Part shown: positions 1-12,720 of the stretch, piece after piece
How positions within the stretch are numbered: position 1 is the stretch's first letter
How the letters are laid out: every line of letters begins with the position of its first letter
Assembly (NCBI RefSeq): GCF_009914755.1
Contig: NC_060933.1
Reading direction: 5' to 3' (one strand)
Length of the DNA stretch: 64,000 bases
DNA from: the human T2T-CHM13v2.0 reference genome, Homo sapiens
The notes under the pieces: model-generated
Told to the model about the DNA's origin: nothing
Seen by the model: the letters and a program-made list of their open reading frames with translations, nothing else
The model's database searches: none
Position numbers and translations under genes: made by a program

Positions 1-444
1 TCATTGGATTGAAGGATGCAAAGTATTGTTCCTGGGTGTGTCTGTGAGGGTGTTGCCAAAAGAGATTAACATTTGAGTCAGTGGACTGGGAGAGGCAGAC
101 CCACCCTCATTCTGGGTGGGCACCATCTAATCAGCTGCCAGCACAGCCAGAATAAAAAGCAGGCAGAAGAATGTGGAGAGATTAGACTGGCTTAGCCTCC
201 CAGCTTCCATCTTTCTCCCATGCTGGATGCTTCCTTGCTGGATGCATCCTCCCATGCTGCCCTTGAACATTGGACTCCAAGTGCTTCAGCTTTGGCACTC
301 GGACTGGCTTCCTTGCTCCTCAGCTTACTGATGGCCTATTGTGAGACCTTGTGATCGTGTGAGTTAATACTCCTTAATAAGCTTGCCTTTATATATACAT
401 CTATCCTATTAGTTCTGTCCTTCTAGAGAACTCTGATTAATACA
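1..444 (+). mobile_element. MLT2A-type (HERV-L) solo LTR, 5' end cut by window edge
   Basis: GATTGAAGGATGCAAAGTATTGTTCCTGGGTGTGTCTGTGAGGGTGTTGCCAAA...GCACCATCTAATCAGCTGCCAGC...; ends CTAGAGAACTCTGATTAATACA, the MLT2A terminus. Confidence 0.9.
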
Positions 445-938
445 GGAGGGAACAAAAGGTTACAGAGTGGGTCCAGACACCAGGGGCTGTGGATACAAAG
501 ATGTCTTTAGTGGGATCATTGATGCAGTCAAGCTACTGCTGTATAGTTTTCCAATCAATCCTTATAGAAATTATGACCATTTTAGAAATAAGAAGCTCAG
601 AAGCCATTTAATGTCGTTATTTAACACCACACAGCTAGGATGTTGGAGAGCTGGCACTTGAGGTCATGATAATGCTTGTCTGTCTCTCTGTTTGAATATT
701 TGTTTGTCTGGTTCCATTAAATGATAGGAAACTATGATCTGACAGAATGAGGGTAGAGACACTTGAAAGCAGGGGATACCAAGCCAGTGTGATGACCTGT
801 AACTCAAGTGTTAGTTACGTCGGATTTGGTTAAATGTCATCTCCATACCCTAAGGTACTTCCAGAGCACCCTATGCTTCTTCGTAATACTCTTCATATCT
901 GTACATATTTGTTTCATTGTCTGTTTTCCCTCTAGAGT

Positions 939-1164
939 GAGGATTAGCCAACTTTTTCTAGATATGGCTGGATAATACATATCATAGGCTTTGTGGGCCA
1001 TGCAGTGTGTGTTGTTATTACTCCACTCTACCCCTTTACCATAGAAGCAGCATTGAAAATAAACGAATGAATTTTTTTTTATAACACATGCCTGTATTAT
1101 AGAAAACTATAAAAACAGGTGGTGGACTGAATTTGATTCATGGGCCATCAATTGCTGACCCTTG
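939..1164. mobile_element. MER58A-like hAT-Charlie MITE, apparently inside an L2 remnant
   Basis: Degenerate termini AGCCAACTTTTTCTA...GCTGACCCTTG; internal GGCTTTGTGGGCCAT and AAAACAGGTGGTGGACTGAATTTG. Confidence 0.75.
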
Positions 1165-1554
1165 TTCTAAGGTATAAACTCCACATGTTGTTTTCTCCTG
1201 GATTCCTGGCATCAGCATAACAATGGCACATAGTGGGTATAAAATAGATATTTGTTCCACAAATCAAGAAGTGTAGTCTTACAGGCTAGGCCATTCTTGG
1301 ACAATGGATGTGGAATGTCTATGATTTGCCGATGTCAGCACTTAAACTTAGGACTGTTATCACAACCTTACCATTCATGGAATCAAGGCTGCAGCATCAT
1401 TACCCAGACAAGTTTTGTTTAGAAACTGTAGTAGACCTAAACCTCACCTTAGAGGCCATAAAAAAAGTAAAGATAAGGACATCTAGAGAGAGCCTGAGTT
1501 GGGAAATCTAGCATAGATTTCAGCTTGTCTGGATGTCTAAGTAGTCAACTTTAT

Positions 1555-1911
1555 TGTATTTCCATAACTGTCATAAAACATACTATAAGCTCAGTGACTT
1601 AAATTAACACAAACATGTTATTCTACAGTTTATAGGTCAGAAGTGTGATATGATTTTCACTGGGTTAAAATCAAGAAGTCAGGAAGGCTGTATTCCTATC
1701 TGGATCTAGCAGAACATCTGTCTCCTTGCTTTTTCCAGCTTCTAGAGACCACTTAACTTCTTAGTTTATGGCTCCCTTCTTCTATCTTCAAAGCCAATGA
1801 TACTGCATCTTTCTGACCATTCTTCCATAGTCACAACTCTTTCTTATCACAGTCAGCAAATATTCTCTACTTTTAAGAACCCATGTAATTAGATTCGACC
1901 TACCCAGATAA
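1555..1911 (-). mobile_element. MLT1C/D-like MaLR LTR fragment
   Basis: GACTTAAATTAACACAAACATGTTATTCTACAGTT...CCTTGCTTTTCCAGCTTCTAGAG...ATCTTCAAAGCCA...TAATTAGATT...CCCAGATAA. Confidence 0.7.
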
Positions 1912-2599
1912 GAATCTGACATTCAATCAAAGGATATGATTTAAACATTTTCTACAAATATGTAGTTACTAAAAAAATCTTACTTTCTGAAGATGCAGTG
2001 GTATTGGAATTATCATTATTGATTGTTTGCTTTTTGTTAAATATTATCCTTCCCTTGCAGAATCTAGGGTTATAAATCCCTACATTCTCTCTCAAGAGAG
2101 CTCCCTGACCCTTCCCTTTCCTAACAAAATAAACCAGATGTAGCACAACAGTACTGAAAATGTTGACTAGAAGAAGGAAGAGTAACTGGAATCCACCGCT
2201 TTCAAAATACAGACCTCAGTGAGTTGAATGCAGTGGTGCTGGCAGGCTGAGCCTAGATAATTCCTGAGTCTCAAGATTTCTTAGCTGCAGACTGTGAGCT
2301 GCAAATAAGCCCAGTGCTTATACTGATGATTCCCTAGAGGTGGAAGAGGCTGCATAGACATGAACTAGGATAGACAGAAATCAGAACTTATTTGATTGTA
2401 TAAAATTTCCTAGAATTAACAAGAAATATTGAATGAAGACATTCAATATTTGCCTTGATGTTCTTGATGCATTACCTACGGTTTTGAATTTAATGTAGAA
2501 AGCCATGGTATTATAGGAATAAGAGAGGAGATACCATTTGGAATTTAATTCCTAAGAAAGCTGGAATATTTTTTAAATCAAGAAAAACTGGGTTACTCT

Positions 2600-2790
2600 G
2601 CTTAAGTCTCAGTTTCTGCCTTTATTATGACTGGTTTTTTATTATCTCTACTGGCCTCCGTGGGTCTTAGTTCCTTCAATTATCAAATAAGAATGATACC
2701 AATACTTACCTCATAGATTTGCTATAAAAATTAAATTATGTCTGTTAAGTATTTAGCATCAAATCGTTTTTCATTAAATATTGGTAATTC
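2600..2790 (+). mobile_element. MIR remnant
   Basis: TCTTAGTTCCTTCAATTATCAAATAAGAATGATACCAATACTTACCTCATAG resembles the MIR core. Confidence 0.55.
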
Positions 2791-3183
2791 CAATTACATA
2801 TTAATTAAAAGAACACAGGGTACCAGGTTAGCATAAGAGTGCATCAAATTCAGACATTCAGGTTTCCCAGGGGTAGCTTGAAGGTATTTGCATTATGAAA
2901 GTAAGCCACAGAAGAAAAGAGCTGAGAAAGTGGAGTGAGCACATTGATAAACAGTTCTACATGGAAGCAATTTCAGCTTGAGAACCCTTAGGCTGTCTTC
3001 TCTCTCTTTGGTTGACTATCAAATACCAGAGATATGGCTTCTTACAGCAACAGACAGAGACAAATTATGCTCTGGATGAGGTAGGGTTTTCTTTAACTAC
3101 AGTTGAAGTCAAGGTGGGTCAACTTACTGTCAGAATAAAGCCCAAGAAGGCTTGATATATTTAAAGTAAAAGACAAATTGCAG

Positions 3184-3249
3184 CATGTGTGTGCACACGT
3201 GTGTGTGCATGCATGTGTGCAAAAATACATGCATGCATGTGTGTATACA
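3184..3249. repeat. Alternating purine-pyrimidine (TG/CA/TGCA) tract
   Basis: CATGTGTGTGCACACGTGTGTGTGCATGCATGTGTGCA...CATGCATGCATGTGTGTATAC. Confidence 0.85.
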
Positions 3250-6200
3250 GTCCAAGTAAATCAGATTTATTCGTCGAAGATAAATCCTGCCCTATCTTTC
3301 CTTTCTAGTATTTATTAAGTCAAACAGGCACTTTTCCAACTCACTTCATTCTCCATTGCCCATTTATCCCACTTATTGTATCTTTAGGGGATCTCCAGAG
3401 AGCACCCACCAATTGTGTCGATCATGCCTAGGGCTGCACAACTGTCTGTTAAGAACGTGATACCATAAACTCCATTCAGATCCATTACAAAGTACTTCTT
3501 TCTTCTAAATGAGTTCTGGTGGTAACTGGTTTGAACAAGCAGCTTAGAGAGGTATTTAGCCAATTTTTGAGATTTAAACTTGAAACAATAAAATAAAGCA
3601 TAAAAAAACTTCCTGAATTAAAATAGTATACTTTTGGCACACACTCTAAAAATTTATCAAATCAATTAACACATTTTTATTTGTAATAGTTCTTAGAATT
3701 TTATAGTGTTTTTCTCATAAACATAAACCTAACTGAAGAGAAAAATAATCCCAACTCTAGGTAAGACAGATGCAATTATACACATTTAACAAATGAAAAA
3801 AATTATAACCATACCTATCTAAATATTCAGAGGCTACTTTGTACTGACTTTATTTTTTTCTAAACTCACCTCCTCTATATATTACTCTCATGAGACCAAG
3901 ACAACTTAAGAATTGAATTCAGGACACTGGAGCTGTAATTACAACCCTTGTAGTTATTTCATAAGTTAGTTTCACTGTAAGAAGGGGTTATCAATGGCTG
4001 TCAATTTAGGTGGTAAATCTCTCCCAAATGCATCTGGAAATGCATAAGGGTGCCTTCTCCATAGTTATGCTACTACTATTCAATAGGAAATTAATATTGG
4101 GGAACCAAAAATTCTAAATTCTCTGCAATGAATGACTTGTACAGTACAAGCTAGAATCACCCTGCTAAATTTGCCAAAGTCTCACTCAGTGAGAATCTTT
4201 GGGGTAGGTCATGCATATGGTGATTTGGAGTGCTGATATGCAACTCTGTGACTTGAGCACTCGCTTTTAACAACAGGGAAAAGGATTACTTCATAAACTG
4301 CACCGATAAGATACAAGAAAAAGGTCAGGGTGTGAAGTCCAAAGAAAATGCATACTCAGAATAGACTCTTGAGAAAGGTGTTAATTGTAAGGTTCACAGA
4401 GGTCAATCCCACATGTTAACACTGGTAGATGTTAATTAGCACATTCAAATTTCATGAGAATTTTACTGCCAATGCTACTCTGAGTTTTGTTAGTTTGGTG
4501 GAGTGTATGTGTCCAGAAAGTAACAGTTAGTAGAATAGCTGGGAGGGGAGGGCTTGTTGAAATCCTACAATGCACCTACTGAAACATTTCATGGGAGCCC
4601 TCTGTAACTATGGCATCGTGGAAGAACCAAGCACTACAGTCTCCATAGTAAGAGGCAGTGAATTGAAAAGAGTGATTTAGGGCCTGTTCACACAAATGAG
4701 AGAAGACAGCCTGCCCTATGTGCGACAGCCTCTCTACAAAGTTTAGACAAGGCAAACATGTTTCTTTTCTCTCTGTCATCCTCTCTCTGCAGCCAGCAGA
4801 CGAGTATTTCATAGTGGAATAATTCAAAGTGAAAGAACCCATGGGTAATGCACCAACAGTCATCGAACGTTCCTTAAACCACTTGATCTCACTGGAGCAT
4901 CCACATGCCATATCTGCCCTTTTGTAGACAAATTTCAGGCATTCAATTGCATTTAAATCTTTCTCTCCATCCTATCTTTCTCTGTCCCTAGATCCTGATA
5001 GGATTATCTAGCAATGGGCAAGCCACTAGCATAAGTTTTAAAAAAGTCTCTTTCACATTCTGCTTCAGTGCTGAAGTCAGAATCTGACCAGTCTAACACT
5101 TAGAATTTCATATCCCTTTATTCATCAAGGCCTAAGAAGTTGTACATATAGTTAAAGATGTTGCAGCCAAATGCCTTCGCCACAAAAGTAAACTTTTAAA
5201 ATAAATGATATTGACATGTATTATAACACTTAAATATGTATTGCGAAAACATATGGCATACAAGACATTGTGCATATTAGGTCTTCAACAAATGCCTTGG
5301 CAATAAATAAAATTTATTTTAATTTATGCTTTATTTGACCAGTAAGTAATGAGCTAAGAAACAAATATCATAGGTTAAGTAATACAGGAAAATTTGAACA
5401 CCCAAAACTCATGAAGAAACATCTTTCTAAATGATGGGAATCAAGCATTATATCTGTTTGTATTACTTAAAACATTTCCAATTATGGAGGGAAAACAATG
5501 AATAAAATTGTCATATTTTAATGCTATGACATGTACTCTACTTTTAATCTATATGCATTCAGTTTTCTGTTACACATTCCAGACTGGCTCATGTGGTTGG
5601 TAAAAATCAAATTCTATTTGGATTCTTGGACAAGCCATTAATGCCTTGCCATACCCACAGAAAATCACATTCAGCACCATGGACAACACAGAATTGCTCT
5701 TTTCTGAACCACAGCTGTTTGCTGAATGATTTTTTTTCTCCTACTAAAACATCCAGACACACGTCTGTCTCTTAATTGCAGGAAGGGTTGTTACAAGACA
5801 TCTTGAATTTTAACAACCGATTTTAAAATGAAGAAAATGCACTAAAAAGAGGACTAGGGAAAATCTTAATTACTTTTGCAGAATTCAAAAATTGACACCC
5901 CAGAAAGTATAAAAAGACCTTCTGAAGCAGACATTGATATTATACAGATGAAAAAAATGAGGGGTGGGGGCAGGTAATTATCAATGACTAACAAATAGAA
6001 GATATTAGAGGAGGTACTCAGACAATTATGAAAGAATGGGAAAATGAGACTGACAGTGTTGTCATTGTAAATGCATCAAGGCACATTGGAGGAAGTAAAA
6101 TTTACATATGGGGTAGCAAAAATAGTTTTGAGAATTTGGTCTCATAAGGGAAGAAGGAGCCCCCTTTTGTCTTCTAATACAAAAATCATAAACAGTAGCA

Positions 6201-6773
6201 AAATTGTGGTCAGTTCTTCAGTTTTTATTAAAGAGACAGGAGGTAAAGGACAACTAAATAGTAGAATTTCTTCGTGAATAATGCCTTAGACATAGTAATT
6301 ACAAAATATTTCAGATTAGTATGTGACAAACATACAATCTTGATTTAAAAATGTGTGATGTTCACTTTCTCTATCCATTCCCTGAGGATAAGGTAGTCAC
6401 TTGTTTTTAGATTTCTGTTGATTTCTTTATGAACACATACATTTGTCAAATATTTATTAAATGCCTCCTATATTTTAGGAAATTTGATAGGTAAGTCCAC
6501 AAGAGTGTCCAAGGCATAGTGCATATCCTATAGAAACTCAGCTGTTGGGAAAATGCAGACAATCATGTTGGTCAAGAGCAACACATTCTCATGGCAGAAG
6601 GTAAATAAATACTGGTTTTCTTCTGATTTTTGTTTGCATGCATTATGTACAAAATATATACTGTGCCTAGTTTCATTGAATTCTATAACCTCCTTCTGTA
6701 CACCTGAGTAGCTTTTTAATGTCTGTAAAGTTAAAAGTCCCTCTCCCTGTTACAACAGAATTGATTTCTCTTT

Positions 6774-6827
6774 CCTGCTTTCTGCTAAGAATAATATGGC
6801 ACCCTGCTTTCTGCTAAGAATAATATG
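6774..6827. repeat. Perfect 25-bp direct repeat with 4-bp spacer
   Basis: CCTGCTTTCTGCTAAGAATAATATG at 6774-6798 and 6803-6827, spacer GCAC. Confidence 0.95.
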
Positions 6828-7091
6828 TTTGTTATTGTTTATTTTATATTTAATATGTTTAGATATGCTTTTTTATCATATAAATATACGATGAGGAATT
6901 GTTAAGAGAAAAGATGATCAACTGAGGAAGAAGCTTTAATTTTTATTAAAATATAAAATACTGCAAAATATTTTTAAAGTTTATTAATTAAGCAATTCCT
7001 TCCAGATAATTTGTGCTTTTTATGAAGTCTAAAAACCTTAAATTCAAAATAATTGCTGTGATTTTATAAATAGTTGCTATTATAGTGGTAC

Positions 7092-7864
<773 letters not shown>

Positions 7865-8066
7865 GGTTGTAACAGGTAATAAAAAATACCCTGTGACCAC
7901 TATGTGCAATGTATTATATTATGTGCTTTACTTGCTCTATCTTATTTAATTTTTATTTAATCATCACACTTTGTGAGGCACATATTTTTCTATTTTTATG
8001 TCATAAATATGAGAACTGGGTCTTATAGAAGTTATATAATTTACCCAAAGTCAAACAGTTGGTAAA

Positions 8067-8463
8067 TGTCTCAGTCCATCAGGGCAATGAGAAAAATATA
8101 CTTTAGGCTAGATAATTCATAAACAATAGAAATTTTTCTCATTGGTCTATTGGCTGTAGAGTTCAAGGTCAAGGTTTTGGTAGATTTGGTGTCTGGAAAG
8201 AACTTGCTTTCTGCTTCAACATGGAACTGTCTTGCTGAGTCCTCTGGAGGAGAAGAGATAAACACTGTGTCCTCAAATGGCAGAGGGGCAAAAAGAAACA
8301 AACTCACTTCCTCAAGCCCTTTTAAAGGAGGCTAGTCCCATCCATGAGGGCTTTGCCATCATGGCTTCATCATCTCTCAAAGGCTCACTTCTGAATACCA
8401 ACACCTTTGGGTTTAAGTTCTAACACAGGAATTTTAAAAAGACGCATCCATTCAAACCATAGT
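8067..8463 (-). mobile_element. MSTD/MLT1A-like MaLR solo LTR
   Basis: TGTCTCAGTCCAT...CATAAACAATAGAAATTT...GTCAAGGTTTTGGTAGATTTGGTGTCTGG...CCCATCCATGAGGGC...CATTCAAACCATAG. Confidence 0.8.
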
Positions 8464-8471
8464 GGTATGGA

Positions 8472-9574
8472 TTTTTTTAAAATTATTATTAAAGACTTTA
8501 TTTATTCGATCAATTTTAGATTCCCAGCAAAATTGAGATGAAGGTGTACAGATTTCCCACATATCCCTTGACCCCACACGTGTATGGCCTCCCTCATTAT
8601 CAACACTTGCTGCCAGAGTGGTACATTGATGACAATTAAACTGTCGTTGACACCATGAACATTCAAAGTTCATAGTGTATATTAGGGTTTAATATTAGTG
8701 TTGTACATTATATGGGTTTGAACAAATGTATAATGACATGTATTTACAATTCTAATATCATACAGATCATTTATGTTATCTGCCCTAAAAATCACCTGTG
8801 CTCTGCCTATTTTTCCTTTCCACTGTCCAACCACCACAACCACTTATCTTTTTACTGTTTCCATGGCTTTACATTCTCCAGAATGTCATATTGTTGGAAT
8901 CATATAGTATGCAGCCTTTTCATCTTGGTTTCTTTCACTTAGTAATATGCATTTAAGATTTGTATTAGGATTCTCTAAAGAGACAGGACTAATAGGATAA
9001 ATGTATACACAAAGGAGAGTTTATTAAGGAGTATTGACTCATATGATCACAAGCTCAAGTCCCACAATAGGCCATCTGCAAACTGAGGAGCAAGGAAGCT
9101 AGTCTGAGTCCCAAAACCTCAAAGGTAGGAAAGCCAACAGTGCAGCCTTCAGTGAGTGGCTGAAGGCTGGAGAGCCCCTGGCAAACCACTGGTGTAGGTC
9201 CAAGTGTCCAAAAGCTGAACAACTTGGAGTCCGATGTTTGAGGACAGGAAGCATCCAGCACGGGAGAAAGATGGAGGCCAGAAGACTTAGCCAGTATAGT
9301 CCTTCCACATTTCTCTGCCTGTTTTTATCCTAGCTGCACTGGCAGCTAATTAGATGGTTCCCACCCAGATTAAGGATGGGTCTGGCTGTCCTAGTTCACT
9401 GACTCAAATGTTAATCTCCTTTGGCAACACCCTCACAGACACACCCAGGAACAATGTGTGTCAAGTTGACACACAATACTAACCATCACAAGGGTCTTCC
9501 ATGTCTTTTCATAGCTTGATAGCTCATTTATTTTTTAGCATTGAATAATATTCCATTATCTAAGTGTACCACAG
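8472..9574 (-). mobile_element. Old L1 (L1MC1-like) 3' end, interrupted by an MLT2A LTR
   Basis: T-rich tail then CAGCAAAATTGAG...CAGATTTCCCACATATCCC...CCAGAGTGGTACATT...AATGTATAATGACATGTAT, antisense of an L1MC 3' UTR. Confidence 0.8.
8961..9490 (-). mobile_element. MLT2A2-like (HERV-L) solo LTR
   Basis: Termini TGTATTAGGATTCTCT...CTAACCATCACA; reverse complement of the family at 1-444; degenerate 5-bp TSD AGATT/AGGGT. Confidence 0.9.
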
Positions 9575-11031
9575 ATATAACCCCCAAAATGAAATACTTA
9601 GGTGTAAATCTAATAAATATGTATGTGATCTATATGAGGAAAACTACAAAAATTGGAGAAAAGAAATCAGAGAACTAAATAAATGGAGAAATATTTTATG
9701 TTCATGGATAGGACAATTCAATATGGTCAAGATGTCAGTTCTTCCAAATTTGATCTATAGATTCAACGCAATTCCACTTAAAATTCCAGTAAGTTATTTT
9801 GTAGATATTGACCAACTGATTCTCAAGCTTAGATGGAGAGGGAAAACACACAGAATAGCTGATCCAATATTGAGTGAGAACAAACTTGGAGGACTGATAC
9901 TACCTAACTTCAAGTCTTACCATGAAGTGACTTTAGTCAAGGCTGTGCAGTATTTATGAAATAGATAAATAGACCAGTGGAACAGAAAAGAGAGCTCTTA
10001 GTCAACTGGTTCTTGAACAGAGGAGCAAAGGCAATACGATGGAACAGAACAAAAATAATGTTCTCAACAAATGGTGCTGGAACAACTGGACATCCACATG
10101 CCAAAAGAAAAAAAAAAGGAGACAAACTCTCCCCCTCAAGCCCTTTTATGAGATCACTAATCCCATCCATGAGGGCTTTGCTGTCATGGCTTAATCATCT
10201 CTCAAAGACTCACTTCTGAATACCTATACCTTTGGGTTTAAGGTTAAGACCTAACCATTTTCACAAAAATTGACTCAAAATGGATCATATACCTAAGTGT
10301 AAAGTCAAAACTTGAAAACTACTAGAAGATATCATAGAAGAAAATTTAGATGTCCTTGGATATGAGGGTAGCTTTTGAAATACAACACACAAAGCACAAT
10401 TCATGAAAGAAATAATAGACAATCTGAATTTTATTAAAATTAAGAACTTTTGCTCTGCAAAAGATGTAAAGAAAATGAGAAGACAAGCCACAGACTAGAA
10501 GAAAATATTTGCAAAAGACACATCTGATAAAAGATTCTTATCCAAAATATACAAAGAACTCTTAAAACTCAAAAGTAAAATAAAAAAAAAATTAAAAATG
10601 GGCTGAAGACCTTAACAGATACCTCACCAAAGAGGATATAGAGATAGCAAGTAAACATATGAAAAGATATTCCACATCATATGCAAATTAAAACAACAAT
10701 GAGTTACCACAACACATCTATTAGAATGACCAATAGCCAGAACACAGATAATACCAAATGCTGTTGGGGATGTGGAGTAACAGGAACTGTCATTCATTCC
10801 TACTGGAAATGCAAAATGGTACAGACACTTTGAAAGAGAGTTTGGGAGTGTCTTACAAAACTAAACATACTCTCACCATATGATTCAGCAATTGTGTTTT
10901 TATATATTTACCTAAAGGAGATGAAAACATCCCCACAAAAATCTGCACATGAATGCATAAACTTTATTCAGAATTGAAGTGGGGAGCAATCAAGATGTCC
11001 TTCAGTAGAGGAATGAATAAATAAATTGTGG
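9575..11031 (+). mobile_element. Inverted ORF2 C-terminal segment of the same L1; decayed
   Basis: ORF 9564-9959 gives LNKWRNILCSWIGQFNMVKMSVLPNLIYRFNAIPLKIP...GGLILPNFKSYH, a typical L1 ORF2 post-RT region; frameshifts and stops follow. Confidence 0.88.
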
Positions 11032-11148
11032 CATTTGTGTGTTTTAACAAATACTCTTGTAAATTATATTTACTATTTGTCAAGAATTGTTTTAAATAAT
11101 TTATAAGTATAAAATTTCTTATTTTGTTAGTATTGTTGTTATAGTCAT

Positions 11149-11401
11149 TTTTTTTTTTTTTAAGACGGAGTGTCGCTCTGTCACCAGGCTGCAGTGCAGT
11201 GGAGCGATCTCAGCTCGCCGCAACCTCTGACTTCCTGGTTCTTGCCATTCTCCTGCCTCACCCTCCCAAGTAGCTGGGATTACAGGCATGCGCCACAATG
11301 CCTAGCTAATTTTCTGTATTTTTAGTAGAGATGGGGTTTCACCATGTTGGCCAGGATGGTCTTGATCTCCTGACCTCATGATCCGCAAACCTTGGCCTCC
11401 C
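11149..11401 (-). mobile_element. 5'-truncated AluS (Sc-like)
   Basis: Poly-T, GACGGAGTGTCGCTCTGTCACCAGGCT...CTTGGCCTCCC; 18-bp TSD TATTGTTGTTATAGTCAT at 11131-11148 and 11529-11546. Confidence 0.92.
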
Positions 11402-12421
11402 TATAGGCATCTTATAGATGTGTTACAGTCATCTTATTGAAGTATAAGAGTTATACTTCTATACATCTATACAGCTATACTTCTACACATCTTATAGAAG
11501 TGTAAGTCTTACACTTCAATAAGATGACTATTGTTGTTATAGTCATCTTATAGAAGCAACATAAGGTTTAGTTAACTTCCCTAAGACACCATATTTGTGA
11601 AAAGATGAAACTGAAACTCAAATCCAGGCAGCCTCTCTTCAAAGCTCATTCATAGTCTTAACCAACATCCTAAGCCTTCTGGAAAGGTTGTTTTAAATAA
11701 TCTCTTAAACTATATCTGTTAACTAATTATTTATTGTTTATATCCATCCTATATATCTATTTAATTTTGAGGACTTTGAACCGTTACTTTACCATTATGT
11801 ATAATACATTTTCTGTCACATCAAATTCTCATTTTTTTTTAGAAATTTGCAAATTCACTTCATTGCTTTCAAAAGGATTTGGATTCTCAGGCCGAATTGT
11901 CCTGAAATCAAAAGTGCAGTTGACACAGTTTTGCCTCTCATCCTGAGCATCCTTGTCCACCATTAAAATGTAAGTCTTTTCACCCATCTCTACTCTTCCA
12001 ACACAGACACACATATAGTTACACATCCTACCTTAATCTTTCATTTAAAATCTATGCTTCCTAGTTTCTGAAAATTTCCTTGACCTTTATTTCTGTGCCA
12101 GTTATAACCTAATCACCATTATAAATGCCTCCTTTATATCAGGAACCTTGTCACCAAATGTTCCTTCTCCTCTTGTCTTTATAAAGCTAAGTCTCCTCTG
12201 ACAACTCTTTCTTGAAGCTTGCTTATTCTTTCCCACCTCATGGTCTCTGAGGTTATGTCATAATTCTCTAGTTTGTCTTTGCTTCTATTACAAATATTTT
12301 TCATGCACTCATGTAAAAAAAAAAGCTCCTCTTTGTGTTTCATAATCTCCAACTGTACATTTTGTTGAATTATGGACCACTTTTACTATCTTAGGTGAGA
12401 AGTTGTCCCATTTCTTTTATC

Positions 12422-12720
12422 TTTTTTTTTTTAACATAGGGTCTCAGCTCTGTCACCCAGGATGGAGTGCAGTGCTGTGATAATGGCTCACTGCAGCCTC
12501 AACCTCCAGGGCTCAGGCACTTCTTCCACATTAGCTCCCTGACTAGCTGGGAGTACAGGTGCACAGCACCATACCTGGCTATTTTTTATTTTTTATAGAG
12601 ATGGGTTCTCATTATGTTACCTATCTGGAGTTATGTTACACAACTCCAAGGTTCAAGGGATCCTCTCATCTCAGCCTCCCAAAACGTTGGGATTACAGGT
12701 GTGAGCCACCATGCCTGGCC
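12422..12720 (-). mobile_element. AluJ
   Basis: J-type motifs AGGGTCTC and GGCTCACTGCAGCCTCAACCTCC; highly diverged. Confidence 0.92.

Noticed and set aside
4576-4911. 111-aa minus-strand ORF
   Set aside because: No recognisable homology or supporting gene structure
9564-9959. 131-aa ORF with clear protein homology
   Set aside because: Fragment of dead L1 ORF2; its start is created by the inversion junction
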